A stretch of 59,840 bases of DNA, filler included, from Jimgerdemannia flammicorona (Eukaryota), in NCBI GenBank assembly GCA_003990765.1. It is 3 parts of 3 records of this genome, joined end to end, with 100 filler letters (N's around TTAATTAATTAA, not from the genome) between each part and the next. Parts side by side here need not be neighbours in the genome. Positions count along the whole stretch, not along the records: positions 19,983 to 39,862 come from RBNJ01001814.1; 2 more parts are not named here. One strand, given 5' to 3'. A program made the position numbers and the translations under genes. Positions 26,252 to 38,204 of the stretch are shown here, piece after piece (within the stretch, counting starts at the first letter, position 1; each line of letters begins with the position of its first letter). The notes beneath the pieces are model-generated. The model was not told the origin of the DNA and ran no database searches. It saw nothing but the letters and a program-made list of their open reading frames with translations.

Positions 26252-29200
26252 TATGGTAGAATACTTGAAAAAGAGTAGAGAGAGAAAACTACATTTGTTT
26301 ATTAATACTAGCTTATACACTTTTATATATATTGATGACATTTATATAATAATGTAATCAAGCTATACCATTATATATTAAGTTGCTATAACTAAGATAT
26401 TTTAATATTTTAATACTTCTACTCAATGAGATATATTTCAAAATATGCAAATAAAGAACTGACTAAGAAAACTAAATATAACCAACTAGATACTATCTAG
26501 ATAACTAAAAATAAAAAATAAAAATAAAAATCCTACTTATAAGTATGAAAATAAGTAAACAGAGTAGTAAAAAAATAAAAATCCAGAGTAATATTATATA
26601 ATAAATAAAATTACCTATAACTAGATGAAACTAGTAATGTTAATAAATATATATAAGATATGGTGAAAGACTTTTAGTATTTCAAAAAAAAAACTTTCTA
26701 TTATCACTATATTATAATTATTGCTATTGCTTACTACTTACTATTATAAAATTTTCACTTACTAGTATATAGTTTCTGTTTACTAGTATAGAATTATCTG
26801 TAAGTCTCATTCCTTATATATATAAGTAAAACTTTGTCTTTGGAAGAGCTTTAGCTAATGGATCTATCATCATATACTGTATTGAGATATATTTTTATAT
26901 AGTATTATTTTCTATATATTACTATATAAAATAATATTATATATCAATATATTTGGTTCTTGCATAATGTATAGAGTTCTTTACTATAGTAATTATAGAC
27001 TAATTGTTTTGTTAGAGTAATATAAAATACTATTTCTGAGAAAATTCCAATTCTTTTAATAGTTTTCAAAGTTATATAGCTTACTTTATTACCATAGATA
27101 ATATTACCACTAAAGATTACTTATATGTTTACTATGAAATAACTCAGTTTTTACTAATTTTAAAAAGATATCTGATCATAGACCATCTGTTATCTAGATC
27201 ACTGATCCAATTGATATTATATATATTGAATAGTCTTATAGTACTCCCACTTTGTTCCTTATTATCACTCAAACTGAGCTTATAGTATGCTGTATCTTTA
27301 ATATACTAAAAAAATATACTTAATTACTATCTAATGTAATTTGTCATGGTAGGATGAGTACTGTGCTTCTTTGTTAACTATATTCAATATATTAGATCTC
27401 ATTCCAAGTATAGGATATATAAGAGATCTCACAGTTTATCAATAGAAGATATTGTTATCTTTGGATATAGTATTAGACTTTCTTAATCTTATAGATATCT
27501 CTATAGATATTTTGACAGATTTGTATTTACTCATACTGAATTATTTGAGTATAGTCTGAATATATATAACTTATAATAGATATATAGTATGCTTATACTA
27601 TCATAGATAATTAATATTCCAAGAAAATAGGATATGTTTCTCATATTTATCATCTTGAATTCTTAATATAGTATTATCTTTATATTATTAATCTTACTTG
27701 CTATCTCAACTTAAATAATATAATCAACTCAAATTTCTAAATATATTATCTCTGAGGATATATACTAGGTAATATAGATTGACTTTGTAATACTTAATAT
27801 CAATTTTTCAGTTCCACAGTCTTGTCACTTGCTTGATACTATAGAGATCTTTATATAATTTACATATGAGCTAATTTTGCTTATTATTATATAGTTCATA
27901 TTCCTGTAGTTGACAAGAAGAATTCTAAGTAAAGTAAGCTTAAATACTAGAGAGAAGGTCTCATTATAGTCTATACTATATTCTTATAAATATTTCTTTG
28001 TTATAAATTAGACCTTATATCACTCTATGTTACTGTTACTATTATATTTGACTTTATATATCTAGTAGAATCCTATTACTTATTACTTCACCAGAAGAGA
28101 GACTAGATTCCATATATTATTTTTAATAAGTGAATTATATTCCTCATCTATAGTCTTTTTTTTCATCTAAGTATATAGCTTTATTATAGTTTATTAGCTC
28201 ACTAGTCATTGCTATATAGATATACTTATAGATATAGTTTATATGATATTGTTTACTATTATAACAGGATGTCTTAAGCTGGTCTCAATAATCTTCTAAA
28301 TCTGCTTTATGTAACTTTATTTTATAGTCTTTTAAAGAGATATTCTCATATCTATAATTTTTATAATTCTTGGCTCTAATAGCCTCATTGATATATATAA
28401 GTTATGCTAGCATAGATATTATTTTATTTATTTTTAAAGTTAGTATAGATGTCATTAGTGGTACTATTAGATTTATAAAAATAAGAATTTCTATATAAAT
28501 TTCCTACACTTTGATCTCCTTGAACTAAATGTTATAAGAGATAACTATATAGCATTTCTGTGGATTCTATAATCTATATACTACTTCATTATATCTAAAA
28601 GTATATACTTATCTACCTTAGGTTCAAATTTATCTCTATTACTACCTTTATCTAAAATATAAGCTTTACTTCTAAATATCCTTAGGTATGAAATATTGAG
28701 CTTAGATCTACTCTATAATTCTTCAGATATAAGATCACTATCATTTTTAGATTGTTTACTAGATCTACTAGATCTATCAAAATTCTTACTTAGAGCTTAA
28801 GAAATATAATAATTTTATATATACTGCAGTATTCACTACTTTAGCTCAGAAAGAGTATAGTAAGCTAGCTATATTCATCATCATTGAGCCATCTCTACTA
28901 TTATTTGGTTAAAGTGTTCTACAAAACCATTCTGTTCAGATATATAGAGAGTCATTGTAGAGTATTAGATATTATACTTCTTCAAGAAGTATCTAAAGGT
29001 TTTATTGATATATTTCTTACCATTATCTGAGTATAGGGTCTATATTTTTTTTTTATAGTCTGTATAGGGTCTATATCTTACATCTTGTTTCATTTTCTAT
29101 AATTTCTTTGAATTCTTAGTATTTTTTAAATACCTCATTCTTTACTATAAGAAAGTATATATAGACTTTGTGAGTATAATTGTCAATAAAGGTAATAAAG

Positions 29201-31142
29201 TATCTTTTCTCTAAGTATGTTGAAATATATATATATATATTATATTAAGAATACTGGTCACTTACTTTATCTATTCCTAAAAAGATTATCAGAAAGTCTT
29301 ATTTGCTATATATCTATTACAAAAGCTGAAATGTGGTAATATATAGTTCAGTAATCTATATATAGATTTACTCCTTATTATCTATTCTAAGCTCATATTG
29401 TCAATGTATTCTAGTGTTTATATTATATATGCTAAATATTAGTTACTATTATAGAATATGTAAATGATATACCACTTAGCATACTATTGATTATATATAG
29501 ATTCTCTCTTTTTGATATATATATTAGCTTCTTATTATTCTTTAGGTTAATTACCATAATACTATTTGGATATATATTTACTTCTTTATCTCCTTAAGCC
29601 ATCATCTGACCTATCAATAAGATATTCTTACTCATATTAAGTATATATAATATATCTATAAAGATGCCTGAGAGTTCACTAATATTCTTATACATATATA
29701 TATAGATATTTTCCTTATCTTGAGTATAAATAATATTATTATCATCTAATTTAATAGATATGAGGTGCTCAAACTTCTCATATAAAGAATTACTCATAGT
29801 GTACTATTATATACTATATTGTACCAGAATCTATAGGTTAGACTTTTTTTACTCTATATAAGTACTCAGTGTATAGTTTTTATTAGTATAAATTTTTTTT
29901 CCAAATTCACTTCTATATCTCTCTCTATATAGATAGATTACTACTTCTGCAAAAAACAGTCTCTACTACTTTTATTATTAGTATCTATGATATTCACTTG
30001 TCTATATTGCTTATCTTAACTATCTTTTTTTCTTCTTCTTATAGTTGTAGTCTTTCTTGCAATATCTATACCTATTATAGTAGAAATATTTAATATTAAA
30101 TTTGGCTTATTGACTATCACACTGCTGGTTTTATCCTTATTCTTTATTTAGCTTATCTTTGCCTCATCTATACACTTCATAGAATAATTTTTTTGTCATC
30201 TTTATTATTATTGTCACCCAGTCTTGATTTCTTATTTAGAAGACTTGTAATGATATACTTATAGTCTAATAGTTAGTCAGATTTCCTCATAGTAGTAACA
30301 ACTATATTATATATCTCAGAAACATTATACATAAGGGCCAGAATCTTATCTTTATCTTTGATGAGATCTACTAGTATAGAAAAAAAATTCACTTGATTCA
30401 TCAGATCATTAATATGATTAGTATAGTTTTAGATACTCTCCTTAAATTTAATTCAGAGATTGAATAGTTATACTTTTAGATAGAATCTATTTGATATAAA
30501 TGTCTACTGATAGTGATTTTTTAAGATCTCCCAGGCTTCATTTACTGTTATGGCATTGATAATGGGTTTTATTAGCATATTTGAAAAAGTAAAGATAATC
30601 TCTCTTAATACTCTGTAATTCTTTATAATATTGTATTCTATTATTTATATCTGTAGCTTTCAGTAATCCTCTAAACCATATTCTTTTAAGAGATTCTTTA
30701 TATAGTATACCTATATGGTATAATTCTTATTATTAAGACAGAAATCATCTTCTTTATCATTATTGATACTACTGTAGGAATAGTTATAGTTGTGACTATT
30801 ATAATAGGCATACTTATACTACTAGTATCTATTCCAGATCTCATTCTACTTATACTATTTAGCAGACTTATATTTGATATATCTGGTAGGTATGATATTT
30901 TTCTTTATATTGTATAGTATATATATTAGAGAGGTATCTTTATTATTATTGACTTTTATTAGTGAGACTTATAATCTTTTATTATAGAATACTTAGAGAA
31001 GAGTAGAGAGAGGAAACTACTATTATTTACAATACTTACTTATATGCTTTTATGTATATTGATAACATTTACATAATAATATAGTTAAGCTATACCACTA
31101 TATATTGAGTTGCTATAATTAAGATATTTCAATATTTCAATA
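26252..31142 (-). mobile_element. full-length, heavily decayed Ty1/Copia element
   Basis: Direct LTRs at 26252-26415 and 30980-31142. 5-bp TSD GTTTA at 26247-26251 and 31143-31147. Decayed PBS (AGATTATAAGTCTC, like AGGTTATGAGCCC) and PPT. RNase H ARTKYIDI and integrase EQNGFVEHFN. Confidence 0.88.
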
Positions 31143-31497
31143 GTTTATTATGAGGTTTTATATACTTTTATTTTAAATACAAAGTAGGAAAATTAGAGAG
31201 ATTAGAATCTAGAGAATTGGGAGAGAGTTTAGAAAGATAGTAAGAAATATATATAGTTGTTATATTTTTTACTATCAGTTATAAACTATCTATATAGTTT
31301 AGAGAAGACTTTCTGCTATCTTTAATAATATCAAAATAGCAGCTTTCACGACTTTTCATTATAGAATTAGATAAGCTTCTTGTTACTACTGAGAATTTAT
31401 ATAATAAATTGATCAAAAATTATAATATTTATTATCTTTATAAAAGGTATATAATCTAAGATAGTTTATAGCTCAGGGTTCTCTATTCTCTATATAA
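31143..31497 (-). pseudogene. Fanzor1 relic, middle part, upstream of the Copia insertion
   Basis: ENPEL*TILDYIPFIK..KKLI*FYNEKS*KLLF*YY*R*QKVFSKLYR*FITDSKKYN resembles IPS.KT..L..FY....K.RF..Y.GRQKA..E....GSKKY. After a probable frameshift, it joins the C-terminal part in frame across the GTTTA TSD (KPHNK-LKFTIV). Confidence 0.75.
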
Positions 31498-31956
31498 TGT
31501 GACAGTACAGCCAAACTTAGAAGAAGGAAATAGAGAATAGACACTTGATTGCACCCATTCCCAAAGTAGTATAAGTCTTATAGTTAGCAGTCCTCAATTT
31601 CAACATTGTCTAAATTCTTAGACATTATCCAAATCGAACACCCCGATTTAGTATAGTATTTAGACATTGTCCAAATGTTTCGACAAAGTCCAAATGACTC
31701 ATTTATTACTTAGCCACCCTCTCATAGCTAGCAAACTTGTATAAATAACCCAGTATCTTTAAGTGAATAAACCTCAGATCGAAATAGTTCAAAGCAAAGA
31801 GATAGCAAAAGAACTAGTAAGCCTGTGGGCAGATACACTTCAAACTCACCCACCCTCCCCTACAACTTCAAGAGACTCTGCGAGAGTCAGAACAGTCAAG
31901 TTTTCAAGATACAGAAATCCAATATACTTCCAAGAGTAAGCGTCCACTACGTTACA
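31498..31956 (+). repeat. 5' LTR
   Basis: TGTGACAG...GTTACA with TATAAATA at about 31740 and AATAAA at about 31766. About 95% identical to the 3' LTR by manual alignment. Confidence 0.95.
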
Positions 31957-32070
31957 ACTTGGTGCCCATTGGCTGGTGATTCAAGACAAATCCCTCACTT
32001 TCAAGCTGAACAACAAACAACCACCACTACCTGAACAACCATACAAACCGAGCCCCAATACTCAGACAAG

Positions 32071-35000
32071 ATGGATATGAGACCGCCAGTATTCCATGGA
32101 TATACCTCAGATGAATCAATCATTACCTTCATTGACAATTTCAAGTAGTATGCTGCTGTAAGGACTCTGACAGCAGCACAGCAAGTAGCCCTCATGCCTT
32201 TCAGCCTATGAGGCCCTGCCAGAGCAGCATTCACAGCCGCAACCCATGCAGGAAATGATGCTGATGCCATACTGACAGCACAGAAGACCTGGCTCCAAAA
32301 TACATATTACACAGATAAGATCAAGCAAGCCCTGAAGGATCAGCTCAACACAATATACCAAGGAATAAGCGAGGATCCAAACACATTCTATACCAGAATT
32401 CGATATCAGATAATCCTTACAGATTATGCTGCTGCTATCTGAGATCAAGTAGCTGAAACAACCTTCATGAAAGGAGTCCATCCAGAAATAACCATGGCTA
32501 TCTGCTCATCACCAGTGATTCTGGATCTGCCACAGAAGGTCACCTATGCTCAGCAATACTGGATAGCCAGACACCCACAAGACCACACAATGGAGAGAGT
32601 TACAGGAGTCAGAATCGAGGTACCCAAGGCAACCAGTGTGATCCCCACCACAATGATCAATCGAAACACACCTCAGCCAAAAGCTACAGAGCAGCAAAAG
32701 AACAGTGACCCTATGGAGGAACTTGCCAAAAGGTTTGCTGAAATGACTGCCCATCTGGGAGATGTGGTAAAGGAAATCTGAGGAAGAGATCACCACTCTG
32801 TTCAGAAGTTTGCCACCACCTCAGACAAGAAGAAAGGTACCTGCTACAGCTGCAAAGAAGAAGGCCACTACTCCTATGAATGTATGAGTGAAACCAAATG
32901 CAAGGCTCAACCAAGCAATGCCACACAAAACAAGGAGTAGGCCAATACAATCACCTTTGAAGAAATCAGAGAATCCGATGAAGAGGAATGGGAGGCCTAT
33001 CCTGCTCAGACCACCAAGAAGGATGCTCGCAAAGAACCCTACAAGAGACCACCAGGAAGACCTAAGAAGAACCCAGTGGAAAAGTGGATGGAGACTGATA
33101 CAGAAAGCCAAGCTGAAGAAATGGACCAAGACATTGAGCTGGAGCAAGCAGTTCAAGATATCATCCAAGAAACCACTCCAACCAGTGAAGGAGAAAAAGA
33201 AAAGAAGCTTTGCAAGACCAAGACCTTCAAGTATGATATCTTCAAGGATCTCAGTCAACAAAAGGTCAATGCAACCTTTGGTCAGCTTGTAGAAATCCCA
33301 ACATTTAGACAGCAAATGAGGTTTAGACTTGCCAAAACAACCAAGGAACAAGGATGGAAGATAACTGAGGCCAATAATGTTCAAGAGGACTCAGGAGAAG
33401 AAAGTGAGGATAATTGCAAAACCTCTGCTTATGCAATATACCAAATCGAAGATAGAACCTTTGAAGCCATCATTGATACAGGAGCAGGAGGATGTCTTCT
33501 CAGTAAGAAGGCAGCAGATCACCTAGTTTGGGATGTGGAAGAAGCAACTAAGCTAGTATTTGTCACAGCCGATGGCACAAGAGCCACACCTCTGGGAAAG
33601 ATCTGAGATGTTCCCATCAAGATCAGAGGAGCAACAATCCCAGTAGATGTAATCGTAACCAATGCCACCAACTATGACATCCTCATCGGCAATCAATGGC
33701 TTCACAAAGCCAAGGCAGTAATCAATCTCAATGCTCAGAAGATGCAGATCACCTACCAGGGACAGAAGATATGAATTCCCATCAACATCAACAAAGGAGT
33801 CCTGCCCGATATGGAGGAAGAAGAGAGTGAGCAAGAGGAAGCTTATATGGTGACTACCCCAAAGAAGAAGAAAGTCAGATGGATGAGTGAAGAAGAATGG
33901 TATAAGAAGATCGCAGAAGGCTATGCCCCACAAGGAGTCTGTCCTCATGGAATCAAAATGTACTGTATGGAGCATGTCAACGATTGCTACCAGTGCACCA
34001 TCGGAATCAAGAAGATCTACCAGGAAAGAAGGCAGAAAGCTCTCGAAAAACAGATCAGGGAGGAAGATAAGGAGAAAGACGATGAACCACCAGCCCTCCT
34101 GGAGGACAGTGATGATAAAGAAGAAATCAAGGTCAAGATTCGAAAAATCCACCTTGATGCAGTCTTGCCAGAATACAAGTCAGAAAACATAGCTGGAATG
34201 GACATCGCTATAGTAGAAGAAACTGTACTTGAACCCCAGACAACCACCCTACTCACAACTGGACTAGAGATGACCATCTCAAAGGATCATGTCGGGATTC
34301 TCAAGATAAGAAGTAGCCTGGCTAGAAGCAAAATCACAATCGAAGGAGGAGTCATTGATTCAGACTATACTGGAGAAATTCTACTCATTGCTAGGAACCA
34401 TAATCCTACAATTCCATTTCCAGTCAAGAAGAAGGACCGATTGGCACAGATGTTGATCTTCCCAATCATACAGCCAAGGATCATAAAAGTCAAGAATCTG
34501 GAGGAAATGAAAAGAGGAAAGAAAGGATTCGGATCCACTGAAAGAGAAGTATTCACCAGCACCAATATCACTGAACTTGAGCATAAGAAGGAGGAAAACA
34601 TGAGCAAGCACAGTTACACCATTGGAGACAAATTCCCACTCAAGGAGGAACTCAAGAAAATACTCCACAAATTCGAGGATGTCCTTGCCACAGATTTCAA
34701 GGATATCAAGGGAAAGACCCCACACTACTATCACGAGGTAGATACCAGAGACACCGAACCAATTTACCAGAAGGCAAGACCTGTCCTGCCAGCCTACCGA
34801 GAATGGCTCAGAGAAGAAATCAAGCAGATGGAAGAAGCTGGCATCATCAAAGAAGCCAGTAGCCCCTGGTCTTCACCAGTTGTACTAGCCTCAAAAAAAG
34901 GAAGCAAACCTGGAGAATTTGCCCCAAGGCTCTGTGTCAACTACAGAAAGCTCAATGCAGTTACCAAGAAGGATCGCCAACCACTGCCGCTCATCAGTGA

Positions 35001-36063
35001 CATCCTTATAACACTGGGAGATGAAGTACAGTACTACAGCACCTTGGACTTATATTCAGGATTTCACCAAATCGGACTCACAGAGATGGCAAGTGAAAAG
35101 TCAGCCTTCATCACCCCAGACGGAACCTACATCTACCTATAAATGCCATTCAGAATGTGTAATGCACCAGCAAGCTTTCAACAAATGATGAACAAAATCT
35201 TCCGCTATGACATGGGAAGATGGATGATGGTTTATGTCAATGATGTAATCATCTACAGCAAGACACCTGAGGAACATCTGCAGAACATACAGCAGATAAT
35301 GGAGAGACTAAGACAACATGGCCTTTATATCAAACCCAAGAAGTGCAAGTTTGCAGAAATCGAGATCTCCTATCTTGGCCATATTATCAATTGAGATGGA
35401 ACACACATGGACCCCCTCAAAATACAAGTGGTAGCAGCATACCCAAGACCCACTACTGTTACAGAAGCCCAAGCCTTCATGAGACTTGCCTCCTACTATC
35501 GCAGATTCATTAGAGGATTCTCCAACATCGCAGGTCCAATCTATGAACTCAACAAGAAGGATACCAAGTTCCAGTGGACTGGCAGACAACAAAAAGCATT
35601 TGATGAACTCAAGATCAGACTAACTCAGGCACCTATCCTCAGACGACCCAATTGGCCCCAAGAATTTATCCTTCAGATGGATGTAAGTGCACAAGGACTA
35701 GGAGCAGTCCTAGCTCAAAAAGAAGACAAAAAAGAGTATGTCATTGCATATATTAGCTATGGAACCAGAGGAGCTGAAAAAGAATATGAGTCCTACAAGT
35801 TGGAATGCCTTGCAGTCATCTGGGCTGTGGAAAAGTTCCACTACTATCTGGCTGGAAGACACTTCACCATCCAGACGGACCACTCAGCTCTCACCTGGCT
35901 ACTGACAACTGGACAATCCAAGGGAATCTATGCCAGATAGATAATGAAGTTACAAGCCTATAATGTAACCATTGTACACCGCCCTAGAAGAACAAATTCC
36001 AATACAGATGCTCTCTCATGGACACCTCGAACTACCTCCAACCAACAAATCAATCATGAATAA
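32071..36063 (+). pseudogene. gag-PR-dUTPase-RT-RNase H polyprotein (single frame, nonsense-interrupted)
   Basis: All ORF fragments from 32467 to 35940 are in the same frame. CYSCKEEGHYSYEC knuckle, IIDTGA protease, dUTPase (AGMDI, RSSL, GVIDSDYTG, RLAQM, RGKKGFGST), RT (YVNDV), RH (MDVS..GLGAVL, LECLAV, TDH). Confidence 0.92.
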
Positions 36064-37249
36064 GGAGCTCTACTATGGAATTATCACATACCTGGGACAG
36101 CAAAAGATGCCCCAACATCTGGAAGAATGGACACAAATGATTATCAACAGGACATGGAAACAATTTGAAACTGACAGACAAACACTGAAGAAAGAAAAAC
36201 TACTGGTCATACCAGAACACAAGAAGGAGCAAGCAATGAAATCAGTACATGAACTTGGCCATCTAGGAGGAACAAATATATATGACAAGGCAAGAAGAAC
36301 AATATGGTGGCCAGGGATGGAGGAAGATATCAGAAAATTTGTCAAGACATGTGATAAATGCCAGAAACAGAAACAAGACCAATAGAATCAAGCCCCAGGA
36401 TTAGCATACATAGAACCAGTACTATTTGCCCATATAGCAATGGATGTAATCGGCCCTCTACCCTTGACCCTGAGTGGTAACCGATACATTATTGTCATTA
36501 TAGACCTTTTTATGAAGTGGATAGAAGCAGGACCCCTCAAGGAAGCCAATGTACAGTCAATTGCTGATTTCTTCTACAAGAAAATCATCTGCCAGTTCAA
36601 GACCCCAACACAAGTAACTACAGATAGAGGAACAGAATTTGTGAACCAGCTCTTTGAGGTTCTCTACAAGAAGTACAAGATCCAGCACATTCAGACCACA
36701 GCCTATCACCTCCAAGGAAATGGACAAGTAGAAAGGACCAACAAAACTCTCAAGAATGTTATTGCTAAGATCTGCAATAACTACAAGAACTGGGATCACT
36801 ATCTACCAATAGCATTATCTGCTCTCTGGGATATCCGATCACAAAGCACCCACTTTACCCCTCGAGAAATGCTGTTTGGAGAAGAATGTTCTCAAGGAAC
36901 CCTATCATCCAATGGAGATGCTGTATAGAAACATGTAGACATGGAAATACGGAGACTACACCAAATCAGGAAGAAGGCTGAGAATTACATAACCAAGGTG
37001 CAGACACTACAACAGAGGAATGTGGAAAAGACCCACAAGCCCTTGGAGATTATCAAGATAGGAGACAAAGTCCTAGTGTATCGGAATATGGTAGAAGCTT
37101 CATAGTCATGAAAACTGGAGCTCAAGTGGGAAGGACCTTACCATGTGCAAAATATAAAAGGGACCACCTTTTGGCTATGAAAACCCTCAGGCACAATAAT
37201 CCCCACCACTATTCACTGAAACCGACTCAAGAAATATCATGGCCAGTAA
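36056..37249 (+). pseudogene. integrase as a separate ORF (+1 frame)
   Basis: ATG at 36056 (MNKELYYGIITYL). HHCC (HELGH..CDKC), DDE core (MDVIGP, TDRGTEF, GNGQVER) and C-terminal GDKVL..W.GPY..NRLKKYH. Stop at 37247-37249. Confidence 0.85.
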
Positions 37250-37685
37250 CAAAAGTACTGCAATGGCACTCAAGATCACTAGTGCTGCCCAAAGAGCCAT
37301 CAAAAGACAATGGCACACCACCGAGCCTCTGACTATAGAGGCATACTATGAGGATATTCAGAGTATTGTGCAGACTCATCTCTCTCAGATCTCACACTTT
37401 AGAGCCTATCAATATCAGGCAGAATTCTAAGAGTACTTCAAGCTTGGACAGGTGCTCAATCAGGACCCAGCAAAGACCAAGGAGGACTGGATTGCCGAGT
37501 GTCAACTCTCCCACTCACAGATAACTATTGTCAAAAGGATCCACAAGTTATTCTGAGAAGATGAAGCAGTGATAGACCACCTGAGAGGAGTAACCCCCAC
37601 CGACTTTGAGAAAGTGAAGAGACATCATTGGGAAACAGTCATACATACAACAAATTGCACAGTACAAGACCATACAGACCATTGA
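37239..37685 (+). pseudogene. extra ORF 3' of integrase, unknown function
   Basis: The ATG overlaps the end of the integrase. About 148 codons, with only two internal stops (TAA, TGA), both explicable as CAA/CGA deamination. Confidence 0.6.
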
Positions 37686-37741
37686 AGCCTGGGAGTTTGA
37701 ATAGATGCCTCAGGGATGAGACCATCCATTCAAGAGGAAGT

Positions 37742-38200
37742 TGTGACAGTACAGCCAAACTTGGAAGATGGAAATAGGGAATAGACACTTGATTGCACCC
37801 ATTCCCAAAGTAGTATAAGCCTTATAGTTAGCAGTCCTCAATTTCGACATTGTCTAAATTCTTAGACATTATCCAAATTGAACACCCTGATTTAGTATAG
37901 TATTTAGACATTGTCCAAATGTTTCGACAAAGTCCAAATGACTCATTTATTACTTAGCCACCCTCTCATAGCTAGCAAACTTGTATAAATAACCTAGTAT
38001 CTTCAAGTGAATAAACCTCAGATCGAAATAGTTCAAAGCAAAGAGATAGCAAAGGAACTAGTAAGCCTGTGGGCAGATACATTTCGAACTTACCCACCCT
38101 CCCCTACAACTTCAAGAGACTCTGTGAGAGTCAGAATAGTCAAGTTTTCAAGATACAGAAATCTGACATACTTTCAAGAGTAAGCATCTGCTACGTTTCA
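37742..38200 (+). repeat. 3' LTR
   Basis: Direct repeat of 31498-31956. Confidence 0.95.
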
Positions 38201-38204
38201 ATAA

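Larger units (their letters stand above)
31498..38200 (+). mobile_element. full-length Ty3/Gypsy element with dUTPase (non-chromovirus-type RT)
   Basis: 459-bp TG..CA LTRs, 4-bp TSD ATAA (31494-31497, 38201-38204), PBS TGGTGCCCATTGG at 31960, purine tract before 37742, and gag-PR-dUTPase-RT-RH followed by IN. Confidence 0.95.

Noticed and set aside
34130..34545. dUTPase as evidence of an endogenous DNA virus
   Set aside because: It lies in frame inside a Gypsy polyprotein bounded by LTRs and a TSD.
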